Below, one piece after another: positions 45,047-53,439 of a stretch of 64,000 nt of DNA. The notes beneath the pieces were generated by a model. It saw nothing but the letters and a program-made list of their open reading frames with translations, was not told the origin of the DNA and did not search any database. Source of the stretch: a virus; IMG/VR virus record IMGVR_UViG_3300022744_000001, positions 258,022 to 322,021 of that record; one strand, 5' to 3'. Made by a program: the position numbers and the translations under genes. How positions within the stretch are numbered: the stretch's first letter is position 1; the number at the start of each line of letters is the position of its first letter.

Positions 45047-46030
45047 TCAGAGAATCGCCGCGGTACTGTTTTCCCACGGAATCACGAAAGTCGTGTTGAC
45101 CCAGACATAGGCATCCGTGGTCAGGTTCAACGTGTCCGGATAGGTTCGAGCCGAGTTCATGTTGAGAGCCATGCGCTGGCTGATGCCTTTGTAGTGCTGG
45201 GAGGTGTCCGTGCTATCCCGGAAAGCCCCGCAAATTTTGGCAACGTCCTCGTCCCCCGCGTAACCGTTCGGGGAAACGCTCACGCTGTAAGGAGGAACCG
45301 ATGTCGCCGCCGAAGAACCTGTCGCAGTGCGGGTGAGCCCAAACATACGATAAACGTTGAACGCCGCGCCGCTGAGCCCGTACTTGTACCAAGCCCTTAT
45401 GATGTTGAGGGTGATAGTGACATTGTGGACATCTGTAGACGTCAAAATCGCAGTCTTGTACGCCGCAACGATGAAAAGAGGGGAGGTGTCTTGTGCGTTA
45501 GAGCTGTGGACGCCCGAAACAAAGAAGTAGGTACGAGTCAAGCCCGTGGTGAAATCCGTAGTGAAGAAATAAACGTCGTAGACGTTGGTACTCACTACGT
45601 CGCTAAAACAGATAGCGTGGCTGCGATAGGTCGCATCCGTGTTGAACATCTGCGTACCGGTTGCGGTAGAGTCGGTACCAAGAGCCGACCCGAACAACAG
45701 GGCTTCGTCGGTCGCTGTCGGGGTCGTCGTCGCGTTCGGGGTGCCACCCGTGAACTTGGACGACTCGGAGAATTTCACACGCCAGAGCGTGTTGTCCGTG
45801 CCTCTCTGGAAGGTGAACTCACGTCGCGTCCCGGGGTCCTGGATACGGAACCAAGCTCGAGTGACGGCAAGAGAAGCAGCTGAGGAGATCTGGTCTCCCG
45901 TGCTGTTGTACGTAGTGCCATCTCCGCTCGACTTGACAACCCAACCCGCACTAACCATGCAGGTTTTGAGGCGGTAGATTGCATCCGCCCCTGTCGAGGG
46001 AACCTGGTTCACCAGAGTGATCTTCGCCAT
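45047..46030 (-). CDS. fibre-like protein B3 (327 aa)
   Basis: MAKITLVNQVPSTGADAIYRLKT… is paralogous to B1 and B2. A GAGGGG ribosome-binding site lies about 9-14 nt upstream. Confidence 0.75.
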   Translation of the reverse strand: MAKITLVNQVPSTGADAIYRLKTCMVSAGWVVKSSGDGTTYNSTGDQISSAASLAVTRAWFRIQDPGTRREFTFQRGTDNTLWRVKFSESSKFTGGTPNATTTPTATDEALLFGSALGTDSTATGTQMFNTDATYRSHAICFSDVVSTNVYDVYFFTTDFTTGLTRTYFFVSGVHSSNAQDTSPLFIVAAYKTAILTSTDVHNVTITLNIIRAWYKYGLSGAAFNVYRMFGLTRTATGSSAATSVPPYSVSVSPNGYAGDEDVAKICGAFRDSTDTSQHYKGISQRMALNMNSARTYPDTLNLTTDAYVWVNTTFVIPWENSTAAIL

Positions 46031-46086
46031 CGCAGCAACCCCTCAAAGCCTCGCAGACCCAACACAAAGCGCTGGGCATAAGGGGA

Positions 46087-48018
46087 TCACCCGATGCTGA
46101 AGCCCGTCCACAAAAGCGAGGCCATGGGGTTGGTCGTAGGAGAGGCGTCCAGATACACCCGAAGTTCGTAAACTCGAGCAGTGTTGAAAATCTGGTTGGT
46201 GTTCGTCCCTGGGCTCGCGGTTTGAGTCAAGGTCTGGTCAATCACGTTGTAGAGGTTGACGTTCGCGAACGGAATCACGACCTGGCTTCGCAGCACCGGA
46301 GCAAAGCTCGTCCCGCCTGGGCCAAGGTCATAGAGGCTCATCGTGAGGCTCGCCGAGCTGTCCGTGGTCGAGAACATCGCCACCATGCGGAGCTTGACCG
46401 TGGTTGTGCTGTAGAGGGTCGGGTCGAAGTAGAACCCACCCATCGATTGAGTTACACGAGCCAACGTGATGGTGCGCCCGGAGGCCGCCGTGAGCTGGAT
46501 ACCGGACAGGCCGCCCGTACCGCCCGGGATCGTCACCGTGATGGGGTTCGTCCCGCTTGCGGTGACGCCAGCCCCCACGAAGTTGATGGAGGTGACGCTC
46601 GAGGACAGAGCAGAGCCTTCATCCGAAACCGTGATAGCCGGGGTTGGGACGTTGACCGTGACCGCCGTGGTGCCAGAAGCCGTTACGCCGCCACCAGTGA
46701 AGTTGATGGAGGTGACGGCAGCCGAGAGGGTTGAGCCCTCATCCTGCACCGTCAGGGCACTACCAGCACTACCCGGGATCGTCACCGTCACTGACGAGGT
46801 GCCCGTCGCAGTGACCCCAGCACCGACGAAATCGATCGAGGTGACAGCAGCCGAGAGCGGAGTCCCTTCGTCCGAAACCGTGAGAGCGCTTCCCGTACTA
46901 CCAGGAATCGTGACGGTTACCGCAGACGTTCCTGTGGCGGTTACACCTGCCCCAACGAAGTTGAGCGAAGTAACTCCCGAGGTGAGGGTTGAGCCCTCAT
47001 CCTGGACAGTCAAGTTACTAGCAGGGATCGTCACCGTGACGTTCGAGGTGCCCGTGGCTGTTACGCCACCGCCTACGAAATTGAGAGTGGAGAGCGCTGT
47101 AGTGAGGTTCGAACCCTCGTCTTGAACCGTGACGCCGGGGACCGTGACCGTGACCGCTGTAGTCCCTGTGGAGGTGACTCCTGCCCCTACAAAGTTGAGC
47201 GACGTGACGGCCGTCGAAAGGGTTGAACCCTCATCCTGGACCGTCAGGGCACTCCCGGTGCTGCCAGGGATCGTGACCGTGACCGAAGAGGTACCCGTAG
47301 CAGTGACGCCCGCCCCCACAAAATTCAGCGACGAAACCGAACTCGAAAGGGTTGAACCCTCATCCTGTACCGTGATGGCTGGGGTCGGGATCGTCACTGT
47401 GACCGACGAAGTTCCCGTTGCGGTTACGCCACCCCCAACGAAGTTCATGGAGGTCACACTCGAGGAGAGCGTGGAACCTTCGTCCTGCACTGTCAGAGAA
47501 TTGCCCGGGATGTTGACCGTTACTGCCGAGGTTCCTGATGCAGTAACCCCCGCACCGGTAAAGTTCAGCGATGCGGCCCCCGACGTAAGCGTGACCCCCT
47601 CGTCCTGCACCGTGAGGGGGTTGCCCGGGACGTTGACGGTAACGGCTGTGGTACCTGATGCTGTAATGCCTGCGCCAGTGAAGTTCAGAGACGCAACGCC
47701 GGTAGAAAGCGTCGAGCCCTCGTCCTGCACCTCCAACCCGGGGATCGTGACCGTGACGGCTGTCGTACCGCTCGAGGCGACTCCTGCCCCCGTGAAATCG
47801 ATGGACGAGACCGAGTTGGAAAGGGTTGAACCCTCGTCCGAGACCGTGAGGGTGCTGGCCGGGACGTCCCAGACGTCGATGATGGTGTCGTCTACAAGAG
47901 GCCCGCCGAAAGGGGGAGGGTTCGGATACGCCGAGCCCGGAGAGGTCGAAACCCAGGTGACGTAAGTGGTGCCAGGGGCGCCGGAGTCCCTGGCTCGCTT
48001 CTTGTAGAAGAGGGTCAT
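46087..48018 (-). CDS. repeat-shaft fibre or spike protein R1 (643 aa): conserved N-terminal anchor, about 11 tandem repeats of ~35-42 aa, and a unique C-terminal tip
   Basis: The N-terminus MTLFYKKRARDSGAPGTTYVTWVSTSPGSAYPNPPPFGGPL…IDVWDV is shared with R2. The repeat unit is LTVQDEGSTLSxxVTSLNFVGAGVTATGTSxVTVTIPG(+/-GSTGSA). The C-terminal ~145 aa are unrelated to R2. Confidence 0.8.
   Translation of the reverse strand: MTLFYKKRARDSGAPGTTYVTWVSTSPGSAYPNPPPFGGPLVDDTIIDVWDVPASTLTVSDEGSTLSNSVSSIDFTGAGVASSGTTAVTVTIPGLEVQDEGSTLSTGVASLNFTGAGITASGTTAVTVNVPGNPLTVQDEGVTLTSGAASLNFTGAGVTASGTSAVTVNIPGNSLTVQDEGSTLSSSVTSMNFVGGGVTATGTSSVTVTIPTPAITVQDEGSTLSSSVSSLNFVGAGVTATGTSSVTVTIPGSTGSALTVQDEGSTLSTAVTSLNFVGAGVTSTGTTAVTVTVPGVTVQDEGSNLTTALSTLNFVGGGVTATGTSNVTVTIPASNLTVQDEGSTLTSGVTSLNFVGAGVTATGTSAVTVTIPGSTGSALTVSDEGTPLSAAVTSIDFVGAGVTATGTSSVTVTIPGSAGSALTVQDEGSTLSAAVTSINFTGGGVTASGTTAVTVNVPTPAITVSDEGSALSSSVTSINFVGAGVTASGTNPITVTIPGGTGGLSGIQLTAASGRTITLARVTQSMGGFYFDPTLYSTTTVKLRMVAMFSTTDSSASLTMSLYDLGPGGTSFAPVLRSQVVIPFANVNLYNVIDQTLTQTASPGTNTNQIFNTARVYELRVYLDASPTTNPMASLLWTGFSIG
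46524..47853 (-). repeat. imperfect tandem coding repeats of ~105-126 nt within R1
   Basis: Units such as gaagttgatggaggtgacg…cgtgaccgtgac recur about 11 times. The antisense ORFs 46466..47125 and 47129..47965 (VTPAPTKL repeats) are mirror artefacts. Confidence 0.7.
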
Positions 48019-48126
48019 GTCGAGTCTGCCTCAACCACGCAAAGCATAGGTCAAATATGGGTTCTCAGATTTGACTGCTGCCACTAAAACCAGGTGTGCC
48101 TTCCCCAGCACGAAACCATGAGTCGC

Positions 48127-48837
48127 CTAAGTCTGATCCAGTTTCCATTGCCAGTAGTTTGTATACGCCTGGATCTCGTCCTCGCCCCATTCCCTATCGT
48201 CGATGAAGGCGTCAAGGAAACCACCAGCCTGGAAGGCGGATAAGTTCGTGTTCTTGCCGAGCGTCATGGGGCTGGTTGCTGCGATGGAGTTCCCCAGTGA
48301 TGCGCCGTTCTTCCAACCGATTCGCGTGCCGTTGATGTACATCGCAGCGTAGTCAGCAACTGCCCCTCCGGTCTGCACAGTTTTCGACGAGATGCCTTGC
48401 CGAAACAAACAAATCGCCTTCGTGAACGAGTAGGAGGGTCCCGACACGCCCGTAGCGATCGCTGTGCCCAGGTTCACCCAAGCCCCCGCAGGCACAGATA
48501 GGTTAGCGTTCAGGTACCAGCCGCAGTTCGAGCCCGACCAGTTGGACATGGTCACTGAGCCCGAATAGAGAACGATGCCAGCTGTGGCCATCGGGATAGT
48601 CGAGGTGTTGAGCCACGACCAGTCGGCCGCACTGGCCCCCGCAATGGATTGGCTCGCACCGTCAAATGTCAGCACGGGCAGCCCAATACCTGTCGTGGTG
48701 GTAAGCGTGGCAGTGCCTGTCAAATTCTTGGGGATCCTGCCCATGTCAGTCAGCGTGCCGCCGCTGAATTTGTGCGGGCGAAACCAATTTCGAGGCTGCT
48801 TCCACAGATGATTTTGAAAGCGGGCAATGACAGGCAC
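48127..48837 (-). CDS. LamG-like (concanavalin-A-like lectin or glucanase fold) protein L1 (236 aa)
   Basis: The C-terminal motif LGKNTNLSAFQAGGFLDAFIDDREWGEDEIQAYTNYW matches the Laminin_G_3 end signature (G…F.G.IDEVRIYNRALSAEEI). An upstream LTFDGASQSI block is also present. Confidence 0.75.
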   Translation of the reverse strand: MPVIARFQNHLWKQPRNWFRPHKFSGGTLTDMGRIPKNLTGTATLTTTTGIGLPVLTFDGASQSIAGASAADWSWLNTSTIPMATAGIVLYSGSVTMSNWSGSNCGWYLNANLSVPAGAWVNLGTAIATGVSGPSYSFTKAICLFRQGISSKTVQTGGAVADYAAMYINGTRIGWKNGASLGNSIAATSPMTLGKNTNLSAFQAGGFLDAFIDDREWGEDEIQAYTNYWQWKLDQT

Positions 48838-48846
48838 GGTGCACCC

Positions 48847-49560
48847 CTAAATCTGGTCGAGCTTCCACTTCCAGTAGTTCGTGTATGCCTGGATTTCGTC
48901 CTCACCCCACTCACGATCGTCCACGAACAGGTCTAGGAACCCGCCAGCCACAAAGGCATTCGTACTGAGGTTTTTACCCACTTGGAATGGGATCGCCGGA
49001 TTGACCGCGCCAGCGGTCCAAGTGCCCGCAGCGCGGTGGCCCACACGAAGGCCGTTGACGTACGCGGCTCCGGTATCGAAACCTGTGCTTGGCGAAACTG
49101 ATGTCCTTGTTGGTGGCGCAACACGAAACACAACCACTTGCTTGCCTGCAACGTTGCAGCCGGAAGCGCCGCACCGATAGAGCAGCGTCCCCGACGTGGT
49201 CTGGATGGCAAGGTCGGTGCCCGTGCTGCCCCACGCCAATCCGAAGACACCTGCCGTACCTGCCCCGCCCCATGTTCCAGGTTGGATCGTTCCAGTGTAT
49301 ACGACCCCGCCCATGGTGAAGGGGCCGGTCTGCATGAAGAACCAGTCCGCCACGCTGGACGCAGCCAGATACTCGCTGGTGCCATTGAACGAGCAGCCCC
49401 ACCCGCCATTCGTTAACGTCAGAGTGGCCGAACCTGTGGTGAAGTTTTTGGGCGAACGCCCCGAGTCGAGATATGACCCAGCCGCCTGCATTCGCCCCGG
49501 ATTGTACCAATGAAGCGGCTGTTGCCACTGCTCATTCACGGCGCGCGCCAAGTAAGCCAT
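48847..49560 (-). CDS. LamG-like protein L2 (~238 aa from the internal Met MAYLARAVNEQW…)
   Basis: The motifs are CSFNGTSEYL and VGKNLSTNAFVAGGFLDLFVDDREWGEDEIQAYTNYW. The track ORF extends to 49623, but that N-terminal extension overlaps L3. The start is chosen at 49560, giving a TGATG overlap with the L3 stop. Confidence 0.7.
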   Translation of the reverse strand: MAYLARAVNEQWQQPLHWYNPGRMQAAGSYLDSGRSPKNFTTGSATLTLTNGGWGCSFNGTSEYLAASSVADWFFMQTGPFTMGGVVYTGTIQPGTWGGAGTAGVFGLAWGSTGTDLAIQTTSGTLLYRCGASGCNVAGKQVVVFRVAPPTRTSVSPSTGFDTGAAYVNGLRVGHRAAGTWTAGAVNPAIPFQVGKNLSTNAFVAGGFLDLFVDDREWGEDEIQAYTNYWKWKLDQI

Positions 49561-50261
49561 CAGATCAGCCCCAACTTGTAATGCCAAAACCGTGTGTAGG
49601 CATAAACCTCGTCGTCCATCCACTCACGATTGTCGAGGAAGAAGTCGAGAAAGGTTCCCGCCTGAAAGCCTGACTGTGTAGAAGTCTTGCCAATGATGAG
49701 GGGACCCGCGGGAGTGACTGAGTTTGTGGTCCACGTTGAGTTCTTGAAGCCATAACGCCACCCATTGAAATAGCCGAAGCCCCACTCAATCTGCACACCG
49801 CCGATCGATGTGTGCGAAGACAACCCGCACCTGAAAACATGAACGGCTTTCACCGCAGGCATCACCTGGTTCATTACTCGCCAGACCGCCGAACCCGCGT
49901 TGGACATGAGACAGTCGGCCGATGCCGACCCTGGACCTGCGTTTACGGAAATCCCAGTGTTGGTCACGGCTGTGCGCGTGCACGGCGACATGATGCCCGT
50001 GTAAACCACCAGGCCCATCGTCCACGATGTATTGTGCAAGTAGGTCCAGTCCGCAGCCGCAGCGGCTGACAGGGACTGGCTGGTGCCGTTGAACGAGCCG
50101 TAAAGCACACCATTGCTGGTCGTGGTGCTCATGGTGCCGGTTAGGTTCTTGGCCGTACCTGAGCCCGAATCGGACAGCGTGCCACCGCTGTAGTCCTGTG
50201 GGCGCCAGCGATGATCGACCGACCGAACGAACAAAGGCTCAGTGCGTTGAAGGCGCGGCAT
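49560..50261 (-). CDS. LamG-like protein L3 (233 aa)
   Basis: The motifs are GSFNGTSQSL and IGKTSTQSGFQAGTFLDFFLDNREWMDDEVYAYTRFW. The N-terminus MPRLQRTEPLFVRSVDHRWRPQDYSGGTL parallels that of L1. Confidence 0.75.
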   Translation of the reverse strand: MPRLQRTEPLFVRSVDHRWRPQDYSGGTLSDSGSGTAKNLTGTMSTTTSNGVLYGSFNGTSQSLSAAAAADWTYLHNTSWTMGLVVYTGIMSPCTRTAVTNTGISVNAGPGSASADCLMSNAGSAVWRVMNQVMPAVKAVHVFRCGLSSHTSIGGVQIEWGFGYFNGWRYGFKNSTWTTNSVTPAGPLIIGKTSTQSGFQAGTFLDFFLDNREWMDDEVYAYTRFWHYKLGLI

Positions 50262-50264
50262 TGG

Positions 50265-52253
50265 TTACCCCACCAGATGCCAGTTGGTACCATCTGCCAT
50301 GAAATATGCTGACTCGCCGTCAGAGATCATGACCCACGAGGACGAAGTCTTGCTCAACGGGGTGACGATATTCCCCGTAAAAGCCACGGTAACTTGGTAG
50401 CCATAAGCCGGACCCTCTATTTTGACCGCAATCTGTGCACCGTTTGTTGCTGTCGGCAAATTCACGGTAAGGTTGGCTGAGGCTGCAAAAGGGTCAACTC
50501 GTACGAAATCCCCCGCCGCTGCGTTGTAGGTAGCAGTTTTTACCGCAGTAAACGTGTACGGGTTACTGCTAACGCCCGGGATCGTCACCGTGACCGGGTT
50601 CGTCCCGCTTGCGGTGACGCCTGCACCGGTGAAATTGATCGTAGTGACACTCGAGGAAAGCGTGGACCCTTCGTCCTGAACCGTAATCACCGGGGTTGGG
50701 ACGTTGACCGTGACCGACGAGGTACCCGTCGCAGTCACACCGCCGCCAGTGAAGTTCAGCGAAGTGACCGCGCTCGAAAGGGTCGAACCCTCATCCTGAA
50801 CCGTCAACGAACTTCCAGGAACCGTAACCGTGATGTTCCCCGTTCCGCTCGCGGTAACACCACTGCCAACGAAGTTCAGCGAAGTGACGTTGGTTGAGAG
50901 TGTCGAACCCTCATCCTGAACCGTGATCGCGGGGCTTGGAATGGTGACCGTGACTGCCGTTGTCCCCGTAGCAGTGACGCCCCCTCCCACGAAGTCGATG
51001 GAGGTAACCGCAGCCGAAAGCGTGGAGCCTTCATCTTTGACAGTAAGAGCGCTCCCACCTCCAGGAATCGTGACCGTGACAGCAGAGGCACCTGTGGCTG
51101 TGACCCCTGCGCCAACGAAATCGATCGACGCGACTGTGGTTGAAAGCGGAGTGCCTTCATCTGAAACCGTGAGAGCTGTGGCGGGGATCGTCACCGTGAC
51201 CGACGGCCCACCGGTTGCCGTAACCCCAGCTCCGACGAAGTTGAGAGTGGTGGCAGCCGTAGTGAGGGTGGAACCCTCGTCCTGTACCGTCAACGAACTC
51301 CCGGGGACCGAGACCGTCACCGTTCCTGTCCCCGACGCCGTGACCCCCGCGCCGGTGAAGTTCAGGGTGGAGACGCTCGAGGAGAGCGTGGAACCCTCAT
51401 CCTGTACCGTGAGAGAGCTGCCCGGGACCGTCACCGTGACCGCTGTGGTACCCGTGGCCGTGACCCCTGCGCCCACGAAGTCGATCGAGGTCACCGCACT
51501 CGAGAGGGTGGAACCTTCGTCCTGAACCGTGATGGTGGGAGCTGGGACGTTGACCGTCACCGTCCCAGGGCCGCCGCTCGAGGTGACCCCCGCGCCGGTG
51601 AAGTTCAGGGTCGTCGCCGCGGTCGAAACCGGAGTCCCTTCATCCTGCACCGTGAGCCCAGGGACGTTGACCGTGACTGCCGTTGTCCCCGTCGCTGTAA
51701 TCCCTGCGCCGGTGAAATTGATCGATGTGGCGGCGCTCGAGAGCGTCGAGCCCTCATCCTGAATGGTCAGCCCAGCCGATTCGGCCGCATGCTCAACCGA
51801 GTAGTACCACTGGACGCCCGAGCCAAAGTCTCGAGCCACAGCGTGCACCACCGAGACCGCGTTGGCCGCCGGGTTGATCGTCACCGTGGGGTCAACAGGT
51901 ACCCAGTTCGAACCAAACGCCAGAGTCCGCCCGCCCGTGGCGTCCTGCTTGACCGCCACCCAGAGGAGCTTGGTCGCCGAGGAGTGGGTAGGATTCCCGA
52001 GCGTCCGGTTGCCCCCCAGCGTGACCTGGAAATGGTCGCCAAGCTCGAGGTCAATAGCGATGGTCGCAGCATCTGTCAGAGTGACGACGTCGCCAAACAC
52101 CTCCCACACATCGACAATCATCTCTTCCGAGAGAGGGCCGCCGAAGGGGGGACTAAAGGGGTATGCCAGGCTGGCAGAGGTCGTCACCCAGGTCACGTAG
52201 GCTGGGGTAACGGACCCTGTATCTCTAGCTCGTTTCTTGTAGTACCGAGCCAT
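50265..52253 (-). CDS. repeat-shaft fibre or spike protein R2 (662 aa), paralog of R1 with a ~105-aa insertion and a different C-terminal tip
   Basis: The N-terminus is MARYYKKRARDTGSVTPAYVTWVTTSASLAYPFSPPFGGPL…VDVWEV. About 12 repeats of the same LTVQDEGSTLSxAVTSxNFxGAGVTATGT…VTVxIPG unit follow. The C-terminal ~100 aa (…ISDGESAYFMADGTNWHLVG) are unique. Confidence 0.8.
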   Translation of the reverse strand: MARYYKKRARDTGSVTPAYVTWVTTSASLAYPFSPPFGGPLSEEMIVDVWEVFGDVVTLTDAATIAIDLELGDHFQVTLGGNRTLGNPTHSSATKLLWVAVKQDATGGRTLAFGSNWVPVDPTVTINPAANAVSVVHAVARDFGSGVQWYYSVEHAAESAGLTIQDEGSTLSSAATSINFTGAGITATGTTAVTVNVPGLTVQDEGTPVSTAATTLNFTGAGVTSSGGPGTVTVNVPAPTITVQDEGSTLSSAVTSIDFVGAGVTATGTTAVTVTVPGSSLTVQDEGSTLSSSVSTLNFTGAGVTASGTGTVTVSVPGSSLTVQDEGSTLTTAATTLNFVGAGVTATGGPSVTVTIPATALTVSDEGTPLSTTVASIDFVGAGVTATGASAVTVTIPGGGSALTVKDEGSTLSAAVTSIDFVGGGVTATGTTAVTVTIPSPAITVQDEGSTLSTNVTSLNFVGSGVTASGTGNITVTVPGSSLTVQDEGSTLSSAVTSLNFTGGGVTATGTSSVTVNVPTPVITVQDEGSTLSSSVTTINFTGAGVTASGTNPVTVTIPGVSSNPYTFTAVKTATYNAAAGDFVRVDPFAASANLTVNLPTATNGAQIAVKIEGPAYGYQVTVAFTGNIVTPLSKTSSSWVMISDGESAYFMADGTNWHLVG
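50567..51770 (-). repeat. imperfect tandem coding repeats within R2
   Basis: These have the same unit type as the R1 repeats. The antisense ORFs 50923..51525 and 51529..51762 are mirror artefacts. Confidence 0.7.
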
Positions 52254-52256
52254 TCT

Positions 52257-53435
52257 TCAACCCCACTGAATGACCAGCTTGGCACTCGTGCATGTCACCC
52301 GGTCCGTAGGGCCACCAGAAGACGTCATACGAAGAACAACCTCGTACTCCTTCTCCCCTGCGGGCAACGTGACAACCTCCTCGACAAGGGCCGGGACGTC
52401 AGAAGCCGTGGTGAGAGTGTTGCTGACGTATGCCCCGTCCGTGACGTTGTAGAGCCTCACCTCAGCAGTCTTCCCCGAGGTGGCTTCAATCAGCGCCCGA
52501 AAGGTGGTGATCGCCGTGGAAGGGAACTTCGAAGGGTTGACCGTGCCCGTGCCGATACGGGTAGAAATCGTCTGGTCAGTAGACCGGTTGCCCGCTACAA
52601 GCTCGAACTCCTCCGAAACCCTCTCCACGTTCGTGCCCAGAACGCTCGAGTTGGCCAGATACCAGGCTGTCCCGTTGGAGGCGAACTCGAGGTCGTACCG
52701 AACGTAGGAAACGCCTGTAGGGGGCGCCTGGAGCGTCAGAAGGGCCGTCCCGCCCACCCCGTTCTTGATCGTCAGTCCTCCGGCACCCGGTTGCAGCTCA
52801 ACCCAATACCGGAACGTCTTGCCCTCGCCCGGGGCCGGAGAAACCACCAGCTCCTCCGTGTAGAGCCCCGCACCGGTGAGGGTCAGCATCCGATACGGCT
52901 TGCTCGAGCCGTCCGTGACTTGAACCGTGACCGGGGAGCCCGACGTGTGGGCGACCGTTTGAATGTGCCCGACGTACCGCCCAACCTTTGCCTTGAGGAA
53001 CCGTAGATAGGCGTCAAGTTGGGAGTTCGTCGAGGCATTCGCCCGGCCAGCCCAGCCCGCTTTTTGGGCCGCAACCGACTGGTTGGTCATGTTGCCGGTC
53101 TGACCCGCCGAGGGGAGCGTGAGCCCATCCTCGTCCACCACACCGAAGAACTTGAAGTCCGTGGTGATCGTGGCGCCTTCAGTGCGGGTCAGCTTGATGA
53201 TGTAGGTACCATCAAGAGTAGGGGTCACCGTCGCCACCTGAGCGGTAGAGTTGGTAACGGTCGGAGCAGAGGACAAAGGCGCTGGCCATGACACGACCTC
53301 CCAGAGGTACGAGGTCGCCCCCGCACCCCCAGCATCGGTCATCGTGACAACCTGGTTCGCACTGAAGCCGAACACGGATTGCCCGTTGCCCCCAACGATT
53401 ACCCCTTGGGTAAACTGACAGGTCGCTACGGCCAT
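52257..53435 (-). CDS. virion structural protein (392 aa)
   Basis: A long ORF with beta-rich composition directly upstream of R2. Confidence 0.7.
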   Translation of the reverse strand: MAVATCQFTQGVIVGGNGQSVFGFSANQVVTMTDAGGAGATSYLWEVVSWPAPLSSAPTVTNSTAQVATVTPTLDGTYIIKLTRTEGATITTDFKFFGVVDEDGLTLPSAGQTGNMTNQSVAAQKAGWAGRANASTNSQLDAYLRFLKAKVGRYVGHIQTVAHTSGSPVTVQVTDGSSKPYRMLTLTGAGLYTEELVVSPAPGEGKTFRYWVELQPGAGGLTIKNGVGGTALLTLQAPPTGVSYVRYDLEFASNGTAWYLANSSVLGTNVERVSEEFELVAGNRSTDQTISTRIGTGTVNPSKFPSTAITTFRALIEATSGKTAEVRLYNVTDGAYVSNTLTTASDVPALVEEVVTLPAGEKEYEVVLRMTSSGGPTDRVTCTSAKLVIQWG

Positions 53436-53439
53436 GATT

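Noticed and set aside
46466-47965. Plus-strand ORFs with VTPAPTKL-type repeats (also 50923..51762)
   Set aside because: They are mirror images of the R1 and R2 tandem repeats on the coding minus strand, so they are not independent genes.
48019-48126. tRNA or small RNA in the largest structural-region gap (108 nt); also the gaps at 21548-21594, 34845-34916, 42082-42135 and 46031-46086
   Set aside because: No cloverleaf-compatible arms or conserved tRNA boxes were found. These gaps each contain a GAGG-type ribosome-binding site ahead of the next start and are more simply inter-cistronic promoter or RBS spacers.
48847-49623. The full 258-aa ORF for L2
   Set aside because: The first 21 codons overlap L3 in another frame and are Leu/Ala/Arg-rich junk. 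The internal Met at 49560 gives a protein collinear with L1 and L3, and a classic TGATG coupling.
46524-51770. A possible CRISPR array suggested by the periodic repeats
   Set aside because: The repeats are in-frame coding units of variable length (105-126 nt) with about 70-85% identity and no unique spacers. No cas genes are present.
42136-52253. Diversity-generating retroelement or invertible shufflon driving fibre variation
   Set aside because: No reverse transcriptase, no template-repeat and variable-repeat pair with adenine-specific differences, and no serine or tyrosine invertase is present in the window. The paralogs are co-oriented and diverge along their whole C-terminal lengths rather than in one short variable repeat. 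It remains possible only if such elements lie outside the window.
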